In this document: positions 7,725-16,093 of the stretch, one piece after another
Position numbering within the stretch: position 1 is the stretch's first letter
Layout: every line of letters begins with the position of its first letter
IMG/VR virus record: IMGVR_UViG_3300037575_000020
Span: 1-55,316 of that record
DNA from: a virus
Taxonomy: Duplodnaviria; Caudoviricetes
Direction: 5' to 3' (one strand)
Length of the DNA stretch: 55,316 nucleotides
Program-made: the position numbers and the translations under genes
Notes under the pieces: generated by a model
Databases searched by the model: none
What the model saw: only the letters and a program-made list of their open reading frames with translations
Told to the model about the DNA's origin: nothing

Positions 7725-8609
7725 ATGCAAGTAGAACATCATTTTGCAGATTTGAGTCGTTATCCAAAAAACAGTGATACAGCTACGTCGATTGACGATG
7801 TGGAATGGTTTGCTAAAAACGTCGGTATAACAAACTTGGACGACCCAAGTGTGAAGATAAAAACCATCATTGAAGATGTAAACGAGTGCGAGCTGGCAAG
7901 ACAGAAAGCTAGAAAAGAGCGTGAAGCGAAAGCACAAGATGCGTTCCTTGATGCCATGTTTAATCTCAATAACGGCACCGCTGAGTTACGTCAAAAGAAA
8001 GAGCGCACGCCAGCGCTCAAGGTCAGCAAAACCCAGACAACAAAGGTAGCTAAAAAAGTAGCTAAACCAGCTAAGAAGGTAGCTAGAGTTAGCACGACTC
8101 AGAAAGCGCCATCATCAAAGCATCTGGCTAAAGCGAGGCGTGATGTCCTCATAGCTGATCTGACCGCTGGCAAGATGGTAAAGATGGTGTCTGAGAGCGA
8201 AAAAAGTAATACGCAAAAAGATTATCAAAAGCAGCGCGCTGATCTGGTCTATATCAGAAGAAATATGGATATCACGCTGATTCGTCTAAATCGCCTTCAG
8301 ACCAGCGAGTCGTTTTTTATGATTGATAACCTTGAGCGTCATGAGCGAGTCAAAGTGACAGGTAACTTGATTGGGCCAGACCGTGAGCCGCTAATCAACG
8401 CGCTACGCAGTGGCAAGCTGTTTGAGGCATCAAACATCATCAAAGGTGGAAAGGCTGGGTCAGCAAGCGTAGCCAATCTAGCCGATAACCACGGTATGAA
8501 CATCTATTCGGTCATCAGCGGTCGTGACTTGGTTGGTTGGGTGATGCCAACTGATGTCGAAGTGGCGCTGACAGAAGAGCAGAAGCGTGCAGCGAAAGAC
8601 ACGCAATAA
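7725..8609 (+). CDS. Hypothetical basic phage protein
   Basis: Long ORF with K/A-rich linker; ATG at 7725 follows the cII stop. Confidence 0.75.
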   Translation: MQVEHHFADLSRYPKNSDTATSIDDVEWFAKNVGITNLDDPSVKIKTIIEDVNECELARQKARKEREAKAQDAFLDAMFNLNNGTAELRQKKERTPALKVSKTQTTKVAKKVAKPAKKVARVSTTQKAPSSKHLAKARRDVLIADLTAGKMVKMVSESEKSNTQKDYQKQRADLVYIRRNMDITLIRLNRLQTSESFFMIDNLERHERVKVTGNLIGPDREPLINALRSGKLFEASNIIKGGKAGSASVANLADNHGMNIYSVISGRDLVGWVMPTDVEVALTEEQKRAAKDTQ

Positions 8610-8642
8610 AAAACGCTCTCAGGTGCGAACTGAGAGCGTTTT
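8607..8642. terminator. Bidirectional intrinsic terminator
   Basis: AAAACGCTCTCAG/CTGAGAGCGTTTT perfect stem. Confidence 0.75.
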
Positions 8643-8688
8643 ACCAATTTACAAACATACATGAAGATATGCAAGGGAGATTATAACC

Positions 8689-9726
8689 ATGTTAGACACA
8701 GATATGCAAGAGATTCTAATGAGCGACTACCTAAGAGTGCCCACGCCAATCTTACAAATGCAGCAAGTGCTAAAAAACCCTAGCGCTTATGCTTGCCTGC
8801 AATTTATATGGGCAAAGACTGGTGGTTGGTTAAAAGGCAAAGACACGCTGTCTTACTCTCAATTTAAAAATGATGAAAGATACGGCACTGGTTTAAGTGA
8901 AAAAACCATACAGCGCGCAGTTGAGAAATTGGCAGAATTAGGTGTGATAAATACCAAGCCAAGTTTTGGTCGTATGTATGAGTTTTCTATTAATTTAGAA
9001 AAAGTGATCGATCTGGTAGCGGATTTAAAAACCAAAAAGACTGCTAAAGTCCGGTCAAATAGTCCCAACCTTATCAAATCAGGTCAGGTCAATTTGTCCT
9101 CTTATGCGGTCAATTTGTCTGCAAGTCCGGTCATTTTGTCCAGTAAGTCCGGTCAGATTGACCTACACACTATACCTTTTACACTAGACTTCTACACTAA
9201 AAAGATAAAGGCGCAAAAAACGCTTTCTGCTTCTCAGTCAAAAAAATCTGATAGTGACACGAAGAAAAAACCTCAAGCAAAAACCAAGACTACTACGAAG
9301 AAAAAACCTACCTTCTCAGCTAACGAGTATCCAATCCCTGACTTCATCCAAAAAGAAGTTTGGATTGCCTACAACGACATGCGCGTTACCAAGAAAAAAC
9401 CAGCTACCGAATACGCTTGTAAACTCTTAGTTGAGAGACTAACCGAATGGCATAACGCTGGCTTGGACATTCATCAGTCAATAAAAAAATCAATCGTTGA
9501 GATGTGGACGGATGTGTATCAGCCAAAAACACGCATTAACCAAGCAGCTCAGTCACCAGCCAGCAGGACACGAAGCACGTCTGATCCTTTGGCAGTTAAC
9601 GCAAAGTATGACGTACCGACTGAAATGACCGAAGAAGAGAAGCGCCAGTGGTTCGCAGGTGGCACAGAAAGCAATATGCCAAGCGATATCGCCTCAGATA
9701 ACAGCAACGACTACTACTACGGGTAA
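8689..9726 (+). CDS. Replication initiator (O-like)
   Basis: N-terminal winged HTH (KTGGW.K..D.LS.SQ.....GLSEKTIQRA..L..LG.I), internal iterons, C-terminal W..Y..MR..KKKP.T domain; upstream of the DnaC-like gene. Confidence 0.85.
   Translation: MLDTDMQEILMSDYLRVPTPILQMQQVLKNPSAYACLQFIWAKTGGWLKGKDTLSYSQFKNDERYGTGLSEKTIQRAVEKLAELGVINTKPSFGRMYEFSINLEKVIDLVADLKTKKTAKVRSNSPNLIKSGQVNLSSYAVNLSASPVILSSKSGQIDLHTIPFTLDFYTKKIKAQKTLSASQSKKSDSDTKKKPQAKTKTTTKKKPTFSANEYPIPDFIQKEVWIAYNDMRVTKKKPATEYACKLLVERLTEWHNAGLDIHQSIKKSIVEMWTDVYQPKTRINQAAQSPASRTRSTSDPLAVNAKYDVPTEMTEEEKRQWFAGGTESNMPSDIASDNSNDYYYG
9053..9162 (+). repeat. Replication origin iterons (5 x GGTCAATTTGTC-like)
   Basis: Copies at 9053, 9087, 9108, 9129 and 9151 (21-22 bp period for the last four), followed by an A-rich tract. 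Confidence 0.8.
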
Positions 9727-9732
9727 ATAATT

Positions 9733-10626
9733 ATGAATACAGCACACGAAAACGCCTCACTTAGAAACCCTAGACCTGAATTACTTGAGCCTACGCACAC
9801 GGCAGGTCGCGGTAACGCGCTAGATAACGTCATGAGCCGTATGCCAGTGTTTAACACCGTGTCAGTGACTACAGACTGCCCAATGCATGGCAAGCAGCGC
9901 TGGCAAGTCACACAAGCGGTTGCTAACGCTGGTAACGTCCAGTGCCAAAAATGTCAGTGGGAGCGTGACGCACAGCAAGCCAAGCTTGAAGAGCTAAAAG
10001 GCGACATGCTTGCCAGCCTAGACATACCAAGCGAGCACATCAATGCAGATTTTAGTCAGTGGACAGTGGGCGGTGATGATCAGACACGCGCGCGCATCGC
10101 CAAGATCATTAACTTTGCTAAGCATTATGCAGCGAACTACAGCAAAGGCCACGCCAATATCTTACTAACAGGCAACACAGGTACAGGCAAGACGAAGCTG
10201 GCGTGTTTGATCGCTAATGAGATTGTACGTCAGCGCTACTACGCACAGATGACCGTCGCATTTAAGCGCTCAGGTCAGATTCAGCACGAGATAAAAGCCA
10301 CTTGGGATAAGACCAGCAACGACAGTGCAGCGACTTACATTGAGCGTCTGAGTCGTTCTACCGCTTTGATAATTGACGAAGTGGGTGAGGGTGATACGTC
10401 AGCAGTGGATAAATGGGCTGACAAAGACCGCGAGCAGTTATCTGCAATCATCGATAGACGCTACCAGCTACGTCTGCCAACGATTATCACCACCAATATG
10501 ACCGAAAAAGAGTTTTATGACCATATGGGTGATAGAGCAGCGGACCGCTTGAGACAGAATATCGTGCAAATCCCTTGCGTATGGCCAAGCTATCGCGTGT
10601 TGACTGGTCGAGTGAGGACACTTTAA
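9733..10626 (+). CDS. DnaC/IstB-like helicase loader ATPase
   Basis: CPMH...CQKC zinc motif, GNTGTGKT Walker A, LIIDEVG Walker B, IIDRRY...PTIITTN, DRL. Confidence 0.9.
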   Translation: MNTAHENASLRNPRPELLEPTHTAGRGNALDNVMSRMPVFNTVSVTTDCPMHGKQRWQVTQAVANAGNVQCQKCQWERDAQQAKLEELKGDMLASLDIPSEHINADFSQWTVGGDDQTRARIAKIINFAKHYAANYSKGHANILLTGNTGTGKTKLACLIANEIVRQRYYAQMTVAFKRSGQIQHEIKATWDKTSNDSAATYIERLSRSTALIIDEVGEGDTSAVDKWADKDREQLSAIIDRRYQLRLPTIITTNMTEKEFYDHMGDRAADRLRQNIVQIPCVWPSYRVLTGRVRTL

Positions 10627-10651
10627 ACAAACATTACTACGGAGAAAGATC

Positions 10652-11173
10652 ATGGGATTAGATATTAGAGCGTACAAATGCACCAAGTTAATTGAAAACC
10701 TAAAGATGGGTGATACCAATCAACCAGAAGTAATGGCCAATCAGGTTTATATCGGTATTGGCAACTCAGAGTGGGAGCAGGGCGACGACTTAGAAGTAGG
10801 GCAGGTCTATGGGTTTAGCTATGCGCGTAGTTTTTACAGCAGTTCTTACTCTACTTACGGCAATTTGCGTAATGAGCTGGCACGTATCGCAGGGTATGAG
10901 CCATTGATTGCTGGCAGTAAGTATCGCGGTATCTATGCAGCCCGTGTCTGTGACGACTGGGAAAAAGGTCAGCGCGGTATTTTGTCAGAGCTTATTTATT
11001 TTGCAGACAACGAAGGCGAGATTGGCACCAAGACTTGCCGCAAGATACTGAATGACTTGCATGCAGTATCTAAACACGCTGGCGAGTTGAACGAGCGAAA
11101 TCAAGGCTTGCTTACCGACTTAATCCAAACCTTTGAATTTGCCGCAGTCGATGGCTTTGTTCAGTTCGCATAG
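10652..11173 (+). CDS. Conserved phage hypothetical protein (MGLDI N-terminus)
   Basis: MGLDI start, SYSTYG..R..LA and ELIYFADNEG.IG motifs; ACGGAG RBS. Confidence 0.75.
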   Translation: MGLDIRAYKCTKLIENLKMGDTNQPEVMANQVYIGIGNSEWEQGDDLEVGQVYGFSYARSFYSSSYSTYGNLRNELARIAGYEPLIAGSKYRGIYAARVCDDWEKGQRGILSELIYFADNEGEIGTKTCRKILNDLHAVSKHAGELNERNQGLLTDLIQTFEFAAVDGFVQFA

Positions 11174-11185
11174 GAGATAGCTGTA

Positions 11186-11590
11186 ATGGCATCAATACAA
11201 CTAGACGGTTTAACGATAGACCTAACTGACTCACTGGATTTTTACAATATGTGTAACGATTCAGCGAGCATCGAGCTATTGGGTGATAACACGCAGGTAC
11301 TAACAATCAATGTAGGGTTGGACAGTTTGAAAATACGTGCGTACTTCATGACGCTACTCGATGTGATGAACGCTATTGCAGAGGCTAACAGCTTTAAAGT
11401 GATTCCAGTGATTCCTGCCGAGCACGCCAAAGACGCAATCAATCACAGTGAATACTTTGACGCTGACGGTAAGTACCACGTTAATAAACCCAAAGCGAAA
11501 CCTAAAGCCAAGCCAGTAAGTCGCAAGGCTTATATCGCACAGACTGGCATGTTGGATTTTAACGAAAACAAGGATGCTAAAGGTGAGTGA
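11186..11590 (+). CDS. Hypothetical phage protein
   Basis: 134 aa, AGGAG RBS. Confidence 0.72.
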   Translation: MASIQLDGLTIDLTDSLDFYNMCNDSASIELLGDNTQVLTINVGLDSLKIRAYFMTLLDVMNAIAEANSFKVIPVIPAEHAKDAINHSEYFDADGKYHVNKPKAKPKAKPVSRKAYIAQTGMLDFNENKDAKGE

Positions 11591-11789
11591 TCATAAGTGG
11601 TTTCTATTCAGCATGATTTTGATATCAGCCTTTGTTGCGAACCTAGCTGGTTTTGCGATGGGACAACAAGCATCGTCTGATAACTGCAAGCGTTTTGGGA
11701 TGTCCCACTACTCAGGAAATGTCTATTCTTGCCAGCAAGTGAAAGCAAATGATGTGGTGGTTACGGATTTTAAGGAGGAAGGCAAGTGA
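11583..11789 (+). CDS. Small membrane-anchored protein
   Basis: One hydrophobic helix and a Cys pair; GTG start with AAGGA RBS. Confidence 0.6.
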   Translation: MSDHKWFLFSMILISAFVANLAGFAMGQQASSDNCKRFGMSHYSGNVYSCQQVKANDVVVTDFKEEGK

Positions 11790-12028
11790 AGCGACTAACG
11801 CAGGCAATATTCAGCGGACAACCATCTTGGGTGAAGAGCGCGGCAGTAAACGGCAGCAACGGCATAGCAGGATTATTTGATGTTGAGGCGAAGTATCTTG
11901 ACGAGTGTAGCGGCTATTGGGGTTATCACAAATATTTTCCGGTATCGACTGAGTTTAGGCACATAAAAGCAGGCAGAGGTTTTGATACAAAAAATTGGCG
12001 TGACAGCGCGATTGATAGGATTAAGTAG
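11786..12028 (+). CDS. Hypothetical phage protein
   Basis: 80 aa, AGGAGG RBS, GTGA overlap. Confidence 0.7.
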   Translation: MKRLTQAIFSGQPSWVKSAAVNGSNGIAGLFDVEAKYLDECSGYWGYHKYFPVSTEFRHIKAGRGFDTKNWRDSAIDRIK

Positions 12029-12336
12029 TGAAGAAGGACCCGAAAGACTACACAGCAGGCGAGCGTAAATTTGCTGATCTAGTAGCAGCGCTCAAGGCTG
12101 GCAAGCCGAACGCTATGATCTATCGTAAAAATTCAGCGGTGACGCAGGCAGGTGATTTTGTTATTGGCTTGTCGTATCACAGTAAATTACAGCGTTACTC
12201 ATGTAGCGCGATTGAGATAGACGGCGTGAGAGATAACGGCAAGGTGTGCGAGTGGGACCGAGAAGGCGGCGCACTGTATGACGATTTAAGCGCACTTAAC
12301 ATTGATTCGGTACATACGTCGGTCAGGACGATTTAA
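12028..12336 (+). CDS. Hypothetical phage protein
   Basis: 102 aa, coupled to the upstream stop. Confidence 0.68.
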   Translation: MKKDPKDYTAGERKFADLVAALKAGKPNAMIYRKNSAVTQAGDFVIGLSYHSKLQRYSCSAIEIDGVRDNGKVCEWDREGGALYDDLSALNIDSVHTSVRTI

Positions 12337-12350
12337 AAGGGCAGGAGGGT

Positions 12351-12815
12351 GTGAAATTGGCGCGAATTGCAAGGTTTAAGAAGGCTAGGGTGGTCACTGA
12401 TAAAGATGGTAAGAAAAGTATCGTCATGCCAGCGAAGTCAGAAGATGATATTCAGATATCAATCATTAACTGGGCGAAGTTGCAGAAATACAAGGGCAGG
12501 CCGTTAGCTTACTACCTAAGTCATCCGGCAAACGGTGGTTATCGCAAGGATAAGGAGGCTGCCAAGCTCAAACGCATGGGAGTGCAGGCAGGTTATCCGG
12601 ACTTAATGCTAGATATACCGAAAGGCGGTTATCACGGATTGCGGATTGAGCTTAAGAAGTTGAAAGGCGGTAGAACGCAAGACAACCAAAAAGAGCGTAT
12701 TGCGGTTCTGAATGAGGAAGGTTATTACGCGGTAGTGTGCAAGGGATTTCAAGACGCTACTGGAACGATTAAAAAATACATGGCAGGCGAGTTAGTAAGA
12801 GCGCTGAATAAATAA
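12351..12815 (+). CDS. VRR-NUC domain endonuclease (putative junction resolvase)
   Basis: SEDDIQ, HPANGG.R, GVQAGYPDL and IELK (PD-(D/E)xK) motifs. Confidence 0.88.
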   Translation: MKLARIARFKKARVVTDKDGKKSIVMPAKSEDDIQISIINWAKLQKYKGRPLAYYLSHPANGGYRKDKEAAKLKRMGVQAGYPDLMLDIPKGGYHGLRIELKKLKGGRTQDNQKERIAVLNEEGYYAVVCKGFQDATGTIKKYMAGELVRALNK

Positions 12816-12848
12816 AACCGCCCAGAGCTGGCAGGCAAGGGCGGTTTA
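12813..12848. terminator. Intrinsic terminator-like hairpin
   Basis: AAACCGCCC/GGGCGGTTT stem. Confidence 0.6.
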
Positions 12849-12911
12849 GACTGGCAAGTAATAGAGCAATGTTATTCCCAAAATGATTATACATTACTTT
12901 GGGGATGACAC

Positions 12912-13364
12912 ATGAGCGATACTATTGAAAAATCTGCGGTAACTGATTTATTAGAGGTGCAGGGCTGGCTGACTGGATGGGGAGACTTTTGTAATAATCG
13001 TGGCACTGTAGGTGGTCATCTGGGATATCAATCGCCGTGTGCGATTATCATGCGTGATAATGTAGAGCAGCACAGCGCAAGTGTTCGCCCGGTGCTGTGG
13101 AATATGGATGATCAGGCGTACTACACACTCATAGACCGCGAATTGGCTGGCATGAAGCAATCAGGAGATAAGGAGCTTATGATGTGGGCCAGTCTTATAC
13201 GGTGCTACTATCTTTACGGCATGCCTTACCGAAAGCTTAGCAAGTCGGTGCTAAGTAAGTATATACACAAAGATTCGGACAAGATATGCGACGTAAGGCG
13301 TGTTAAAAAGCATCTGGCTTATGCAGAGCGTCATATTTATGAAGCTATACTGGAGTTAAGTTGA
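12912..13364 (+). CDS. Q-like late antiterminator
   Basis: L..WG.F......LGYQSP N-terminus and C-terminal YYLYG..YRKL...L..AE HTH-like region; last gene of the nin-like block. Confidence 0.68.
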   Translation: MSDTIEKSAVTDLLEVQGWLTGWGDFCNNRGTVGGHLGYQSPCAIIMRDNVEQHSASVRPVLWNMDDQAYYTLIDRELAGMKQSGDKELMMWASLIRCYYLYGMPYRKLSKSVLSKYIHKDSDKICDVRRVKKHLAYAERHIYEAILELS

Positions 13365-13585
13365 TGGATAGCCGTTATCAAGAAACTATTACTTTTAAGC
13401 GTAAGCTTTCTGCCATTGAGCACAAGCTTAACAAGACTGGGTATCAAACAGAGCCTAATGAGCGCGAGTGCTGGCTAGGTGTGACGCGATATAAAAAACA
13501 AACTGAAGTAGCTTACTTTTTTATTATGGAAGAGTCTATAGATCGCGTTATCACTGACATTAAACGTTATTTAAGATACGCATAA
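13361..13585 (+). CDS. Hypothetical protein
   Basis: 74 aa, TGGAG RBS. Confidence 0.65.
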   Translation: MMDSRYQETITFKRKLSAIEHKLNKTGYQTEPNERECWLGVTRYKKQTEVAYFFIMEESIDRVITDIKRYLRYA

Positions 13586-13600
13586 TTAAGATACGCATAA
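13571..13600 (+). repeat. 15-bp perfect tandem duplication TTAAGATACGCATAA
   Basis: Two adjacent copies, 13571-13585 and 13586-13600. Confidence 0.9.
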
Positions 13601-13613
13601 TATTGGAGCTAAG

Positions 13614-14006
13614 TTGATGGGTAGACAAAGACCAGTAGTTACAAAGCCATTTATGATCATCGGTGGACATGCTGAAAACAGTCGAGACGGTGAGGTGATC
13701 TATCAAAACTGTTATGGTGATTTAGCACCAGCAGAACGTAGTGTGTTTTTGCCTGACCCTAACGATAATTTTGTTGGCAAAGTTATGGATTTGGGCTATC
13801 TATCGAGGTACGGCACGCCAGAGTTTAAACCAAGGGAGGAGGTTCTTTACGAGTATGTAGCTGACTGCGTGACTAAGTATGGCCCAGCAGGGCAAGGTGT
13901 TGTAAGGTATTGGTTTTATCGTTTGGCTGATGACCTACTATTCAAAGAGCGTTATACAGTAGACCATGTTTGGCAGCGATTGCATGATTTTTATAAAAAT
14001 AATTAA
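13614..14006 (+). CDS. Hypothetical protein
   Basis: 130 aa, TGGAG RBS. Confidence 0.68.
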   Translation: MMGRQRPVVTKPFMIIGGHAENSRDGEVIYQNCYGDLAPAERSVFLPDPNDNFVGKVMDLGYLSRYGTPEFKPREEVLYEYVADCVTKYGPAGQGVVRYWFYRLADDLLFKERYTVDHVWQRLHDFYKNN

Positions 14007-14014
14007 AATAAATG

Positions 14015-14043
14015 TTGACACCGCCCAAAATGGGAGCTATATT
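14015..14043 (+). promoter_or_regulatory. Sigma70-type promoter of a moron cassette
   Basis: TTGACA-17-TATATT, AT-rich upstream sequence, CCCA-AAA-TGGG palindrome in the spacer. Confidence 0.75.
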
Positions 14044-14096
14044 ATACACATACCAAGCAAATAACGGTATCAACTAATACTACGGAGTAATATATT

Positions 14097-14360
14097 ATGA
14101 CTATCTCAATCAACGCAAAAGAATTTGGCTTAACTAGCTCTAACGAAACTATTGAGTTAACTATCACTCAGGACGCTTACGTGTCTCACAATGACAGCCA
14201 ACCACACAACACAGAGTACGTTGGTACAGCTGAAGATAGAGACGGCAATGAGTATCTTGTAGTGTGGCACTTGCAAGATGATTTTGACCCACGGACTAAC
14301 GACGACGAAAGCATTGCTTGTGACTGGGATAATCCTTGGTCGGTAACGCTAAATGATTAA
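14097..14360 (+). CDS. Small acidic hypothetical protein (moron)
   Basis: 87 aa, own promoter, TACTACGGAG RBS. Confidence 0.75.
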   Translation: MTISINAKEFGLTSSNETIELTITQDAYVSHNDSQPHNTEYVGTAEDRDGNEYLVVWHLQDDFDPRTNDDESIACDWDNPWSVTLND

Positions 14361-14949
14361 TCTACCTGAAAGCGGTTACACGCCAGCCAACTACGCCAAG
14401 TTGGTTGAGCTGACCAAGCTATCAAACGTCGCCTTTTGTAAGCTATTCAACATACCAAAAGGCACGTTTGAGAAGCATAAAGCTGGCACGCGCACAATGA
14501 AGTGGCAAGACTGGCAAGAATTGCTAGAGACTGTCAAACAACACTTAACTACGGAGCAAGATACTATGTCAAATTACATTACCTGCGTTGGTCGTTCAAG
14601 CGTCAATAATTTTAGTTTTGATCTTTATGAAAACAAGGACGGATCAGCTAGTATTCGCCCTTGCAAGCTAGGGCATGATCTACCGACAACAACTTGGCTG
14701 ACCTATAAATCGGTTGATGAAGCTAGAGATTATATAGATAAAGTGTGTGGAGATTTAGAAGGAGCGCAACGAGCTATGTTCTTTTGGGAAAACTCAGGCA
14801 TAGCTGAGAAAATAAAAGAAGCGGCAGAAACTAAACTAACAAGAGAAAGGTTTGCTACGATGAGTGAGGCGGAGCAACAAGATCATATCTTGCAAAAAGA
14901 TTATGAAATAGGTGAAAAATTTATTAAAGATAATAATCATTTCATGTAA
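14353..14949 (+). CDS. HTH-domain protein with a probable in-frame internal start at 14566
   Basis: N-terminal YTPANY..L.....LS...FC.LF.I...T..K...G.R.M....W HTH; internal ACTACGGAG-N9-ATG. Confidence 0.7.
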   Translation: MINLPESGYTPANYAKLVELTKLSNVAFCKLFNIPKGTFEKHKAGTRTMKWQDWQELLETVKQHLTTEQDTMSNYITCVGRSSVNNFSFDLYENKDGSASIRPCKLGHDLPTTTWLTYKSVDEARDYIDKVCGDLEGAQRAMFFWENSGIAEKIKEAAETKLTRERFATMSEAEQQDHILQKDYEIGEKFIKDNNHFM

Positions 14950-14980
14950 ATTCTTTATTGAATGATGTATAGTGAGTATT

Positions 14981-15087
14981 CCAGCGCATAGCTGGCTTAG
15001 AAAATGCTATTACAAGAGAAAACTTACTTTTCACCACCGCATAGGTGGCTTCCTAAAACCCCACGGTCAAACGTGGGGTTTTTCTTT
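14981..15087 (+). ncRNA. Candidate small RNA with twin GCAUA-loop hairpins and a terminator
   Basis: CCAGC-GCATA-GCTGG and CCACC-GCATA-GGTGG; TATAGT at 14968; terminator 15055-15087. Confidence 0.5.
15055..15087 (+). terminator. Intrinsic terminator
   Basis: AAAACCCCACG/CGTGGGGTTTT stem with T-run. Confidence 0.8.
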
Positions 15088-15197
15088 ATGTGTCACTTAA
15101 TAAACTCCTTCAGCCCACCAACGCGCCAGCAAAACAACCCCATGCAAGCAAACATCAAGTGTTATTGCGTTAATTCATGTTTCACGATTAAAAAACC

Positions 15198-15226
15198 TTG
15201 ATTTTTGCTACGGCATAGGGTAAGTT
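15198..15226 (+). promoter_or_regulatory. Putative late promoter (pR'-like)
   Basis: TTGATT-17-TAAGTT upstream of tandem terminators and the terminase operon. Confidence 0.5.
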
Positions 15227-15310
15227 TGTGATATCGTGAACGGATAGGTTAGTGGATAACAGGTTGTGTATAGCAACTGCCACGCCTAGCCGCACTCTAA
15301 CTATATTCTA

Positions 15311-15390
15311 AAAAGCTCATACCTTAATTGGTGTGGGCTTTTTTTATGTCCTTTTGGCTCATAAGTATCTGCTTGTTGTGAGCCTTTTTT
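15311..15390 (+). terminator. Two tandem intrinsic terminators before terS (tR'-like)
   Basis: AGCTCATACC/GGTGTGGGCT plus T-run, then GGCTCATAA/TTGTGAGCC plus T-run. Confidence 0.7.
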
Positions 15391-15418
15391 ACATGCGAGG
15401 TAACGCTCAGGAGTCAGC

Positions 15419-16093
15419 ATGGCAGATAAAACTATTTGCGGTGCTAAGACTCGCTCAGGCAAGCCTTGCCAAAACAGACCGATCAACGGCAAGAAACGAT
15501 GCCGTTTGCATGGCGGTCTATCCCCTGGTGCGCCCAAGGGTAATAAGAATAGTCTTAAACATGGCATGTATAGCCGCATCTTTACCGATGAGCAGCTAGA
15601 TGAAGCTCAAGCCATGCAAGGTGATGTCAGTCGCGAGCTTGCGATTGCACGCATACAGTTAGCGAATTGTCTCAAACATCGACATATACAAGGCGATACG
15701 CCACAGCTTGATGAGATCAAAGACGAGACACTGGCTGATGAGGAAGATGAAGAGACAGTCAAGAAGGCACGCGCACGCGATGCCGAGCGCTGCGGTGAAT
15801 ACTACGACCCTGATGAAGATGATTATAGTGGTCAGGAATCTGAGCCACTAAAGCGTACTCGTGTGTATCGCGCTCGTGATTGGGCGAACGAAGAGAACCG
15901 GCTAATCAATTTGATCGCTAAGCTTGAGCTGCAATTAGTCAGACAGCGTATAAGTGTTGTTGAGCTTGAACAGAAACAAAAAGACCTTGAGAAACAGCAG
16001 CGTGATACTTCAGGAGAGAAACGCAACGTAGAAGAGATGACTGACGATGAGCTTGACAACTATCTTATTGACTTGCTCAGCGGAGACTCTTAG
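15419..16093 (+). CDS. terS: Terminase small subunit (HGGxSTG-type)
   Basis: CGAKTRSGKPC...RCRLHGGLS.GAP.GNKNSLKHG motif; directly before terL. Confidence 0.85.
   Translation: MADKTICGAKTRSGKPCQNRPINGKKRCRLHGGLSPGAPKGNKNSLKHGMYSRIFTDEQLDEAQAMQGDVSRELAIARIQLANCLKHRHIQGDTPQLDEIKDETLADEEDEETVKKARARDAERCGEYYDPDEDDYSGQESEPLKRTRVYRARDWANEENRLINLIAKLELQLVRQRISVVELEQKQKDLEKQQRDTSGEKRNVEEMTDDELDNYLIDLLSGDS

Noticed and set aside
9053-9162. Short regularly spaced repeats considered as a CRISPR array
   Set aside because: Repeats are 12 bp with 9-10 bp gaps inside a replication gene and there are no cas genes; these are iterons.
15004-15201. 65-aa plus-strand ORF
   Set aside because: No RBS; it runs through a strong terminator and the conserved hairpins.
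15301-15599. ORFs 15301-15579 (-) and 15333-15599 (+)
   Set aside because: They overlap terS and the terminators and have shadow-frame composition.
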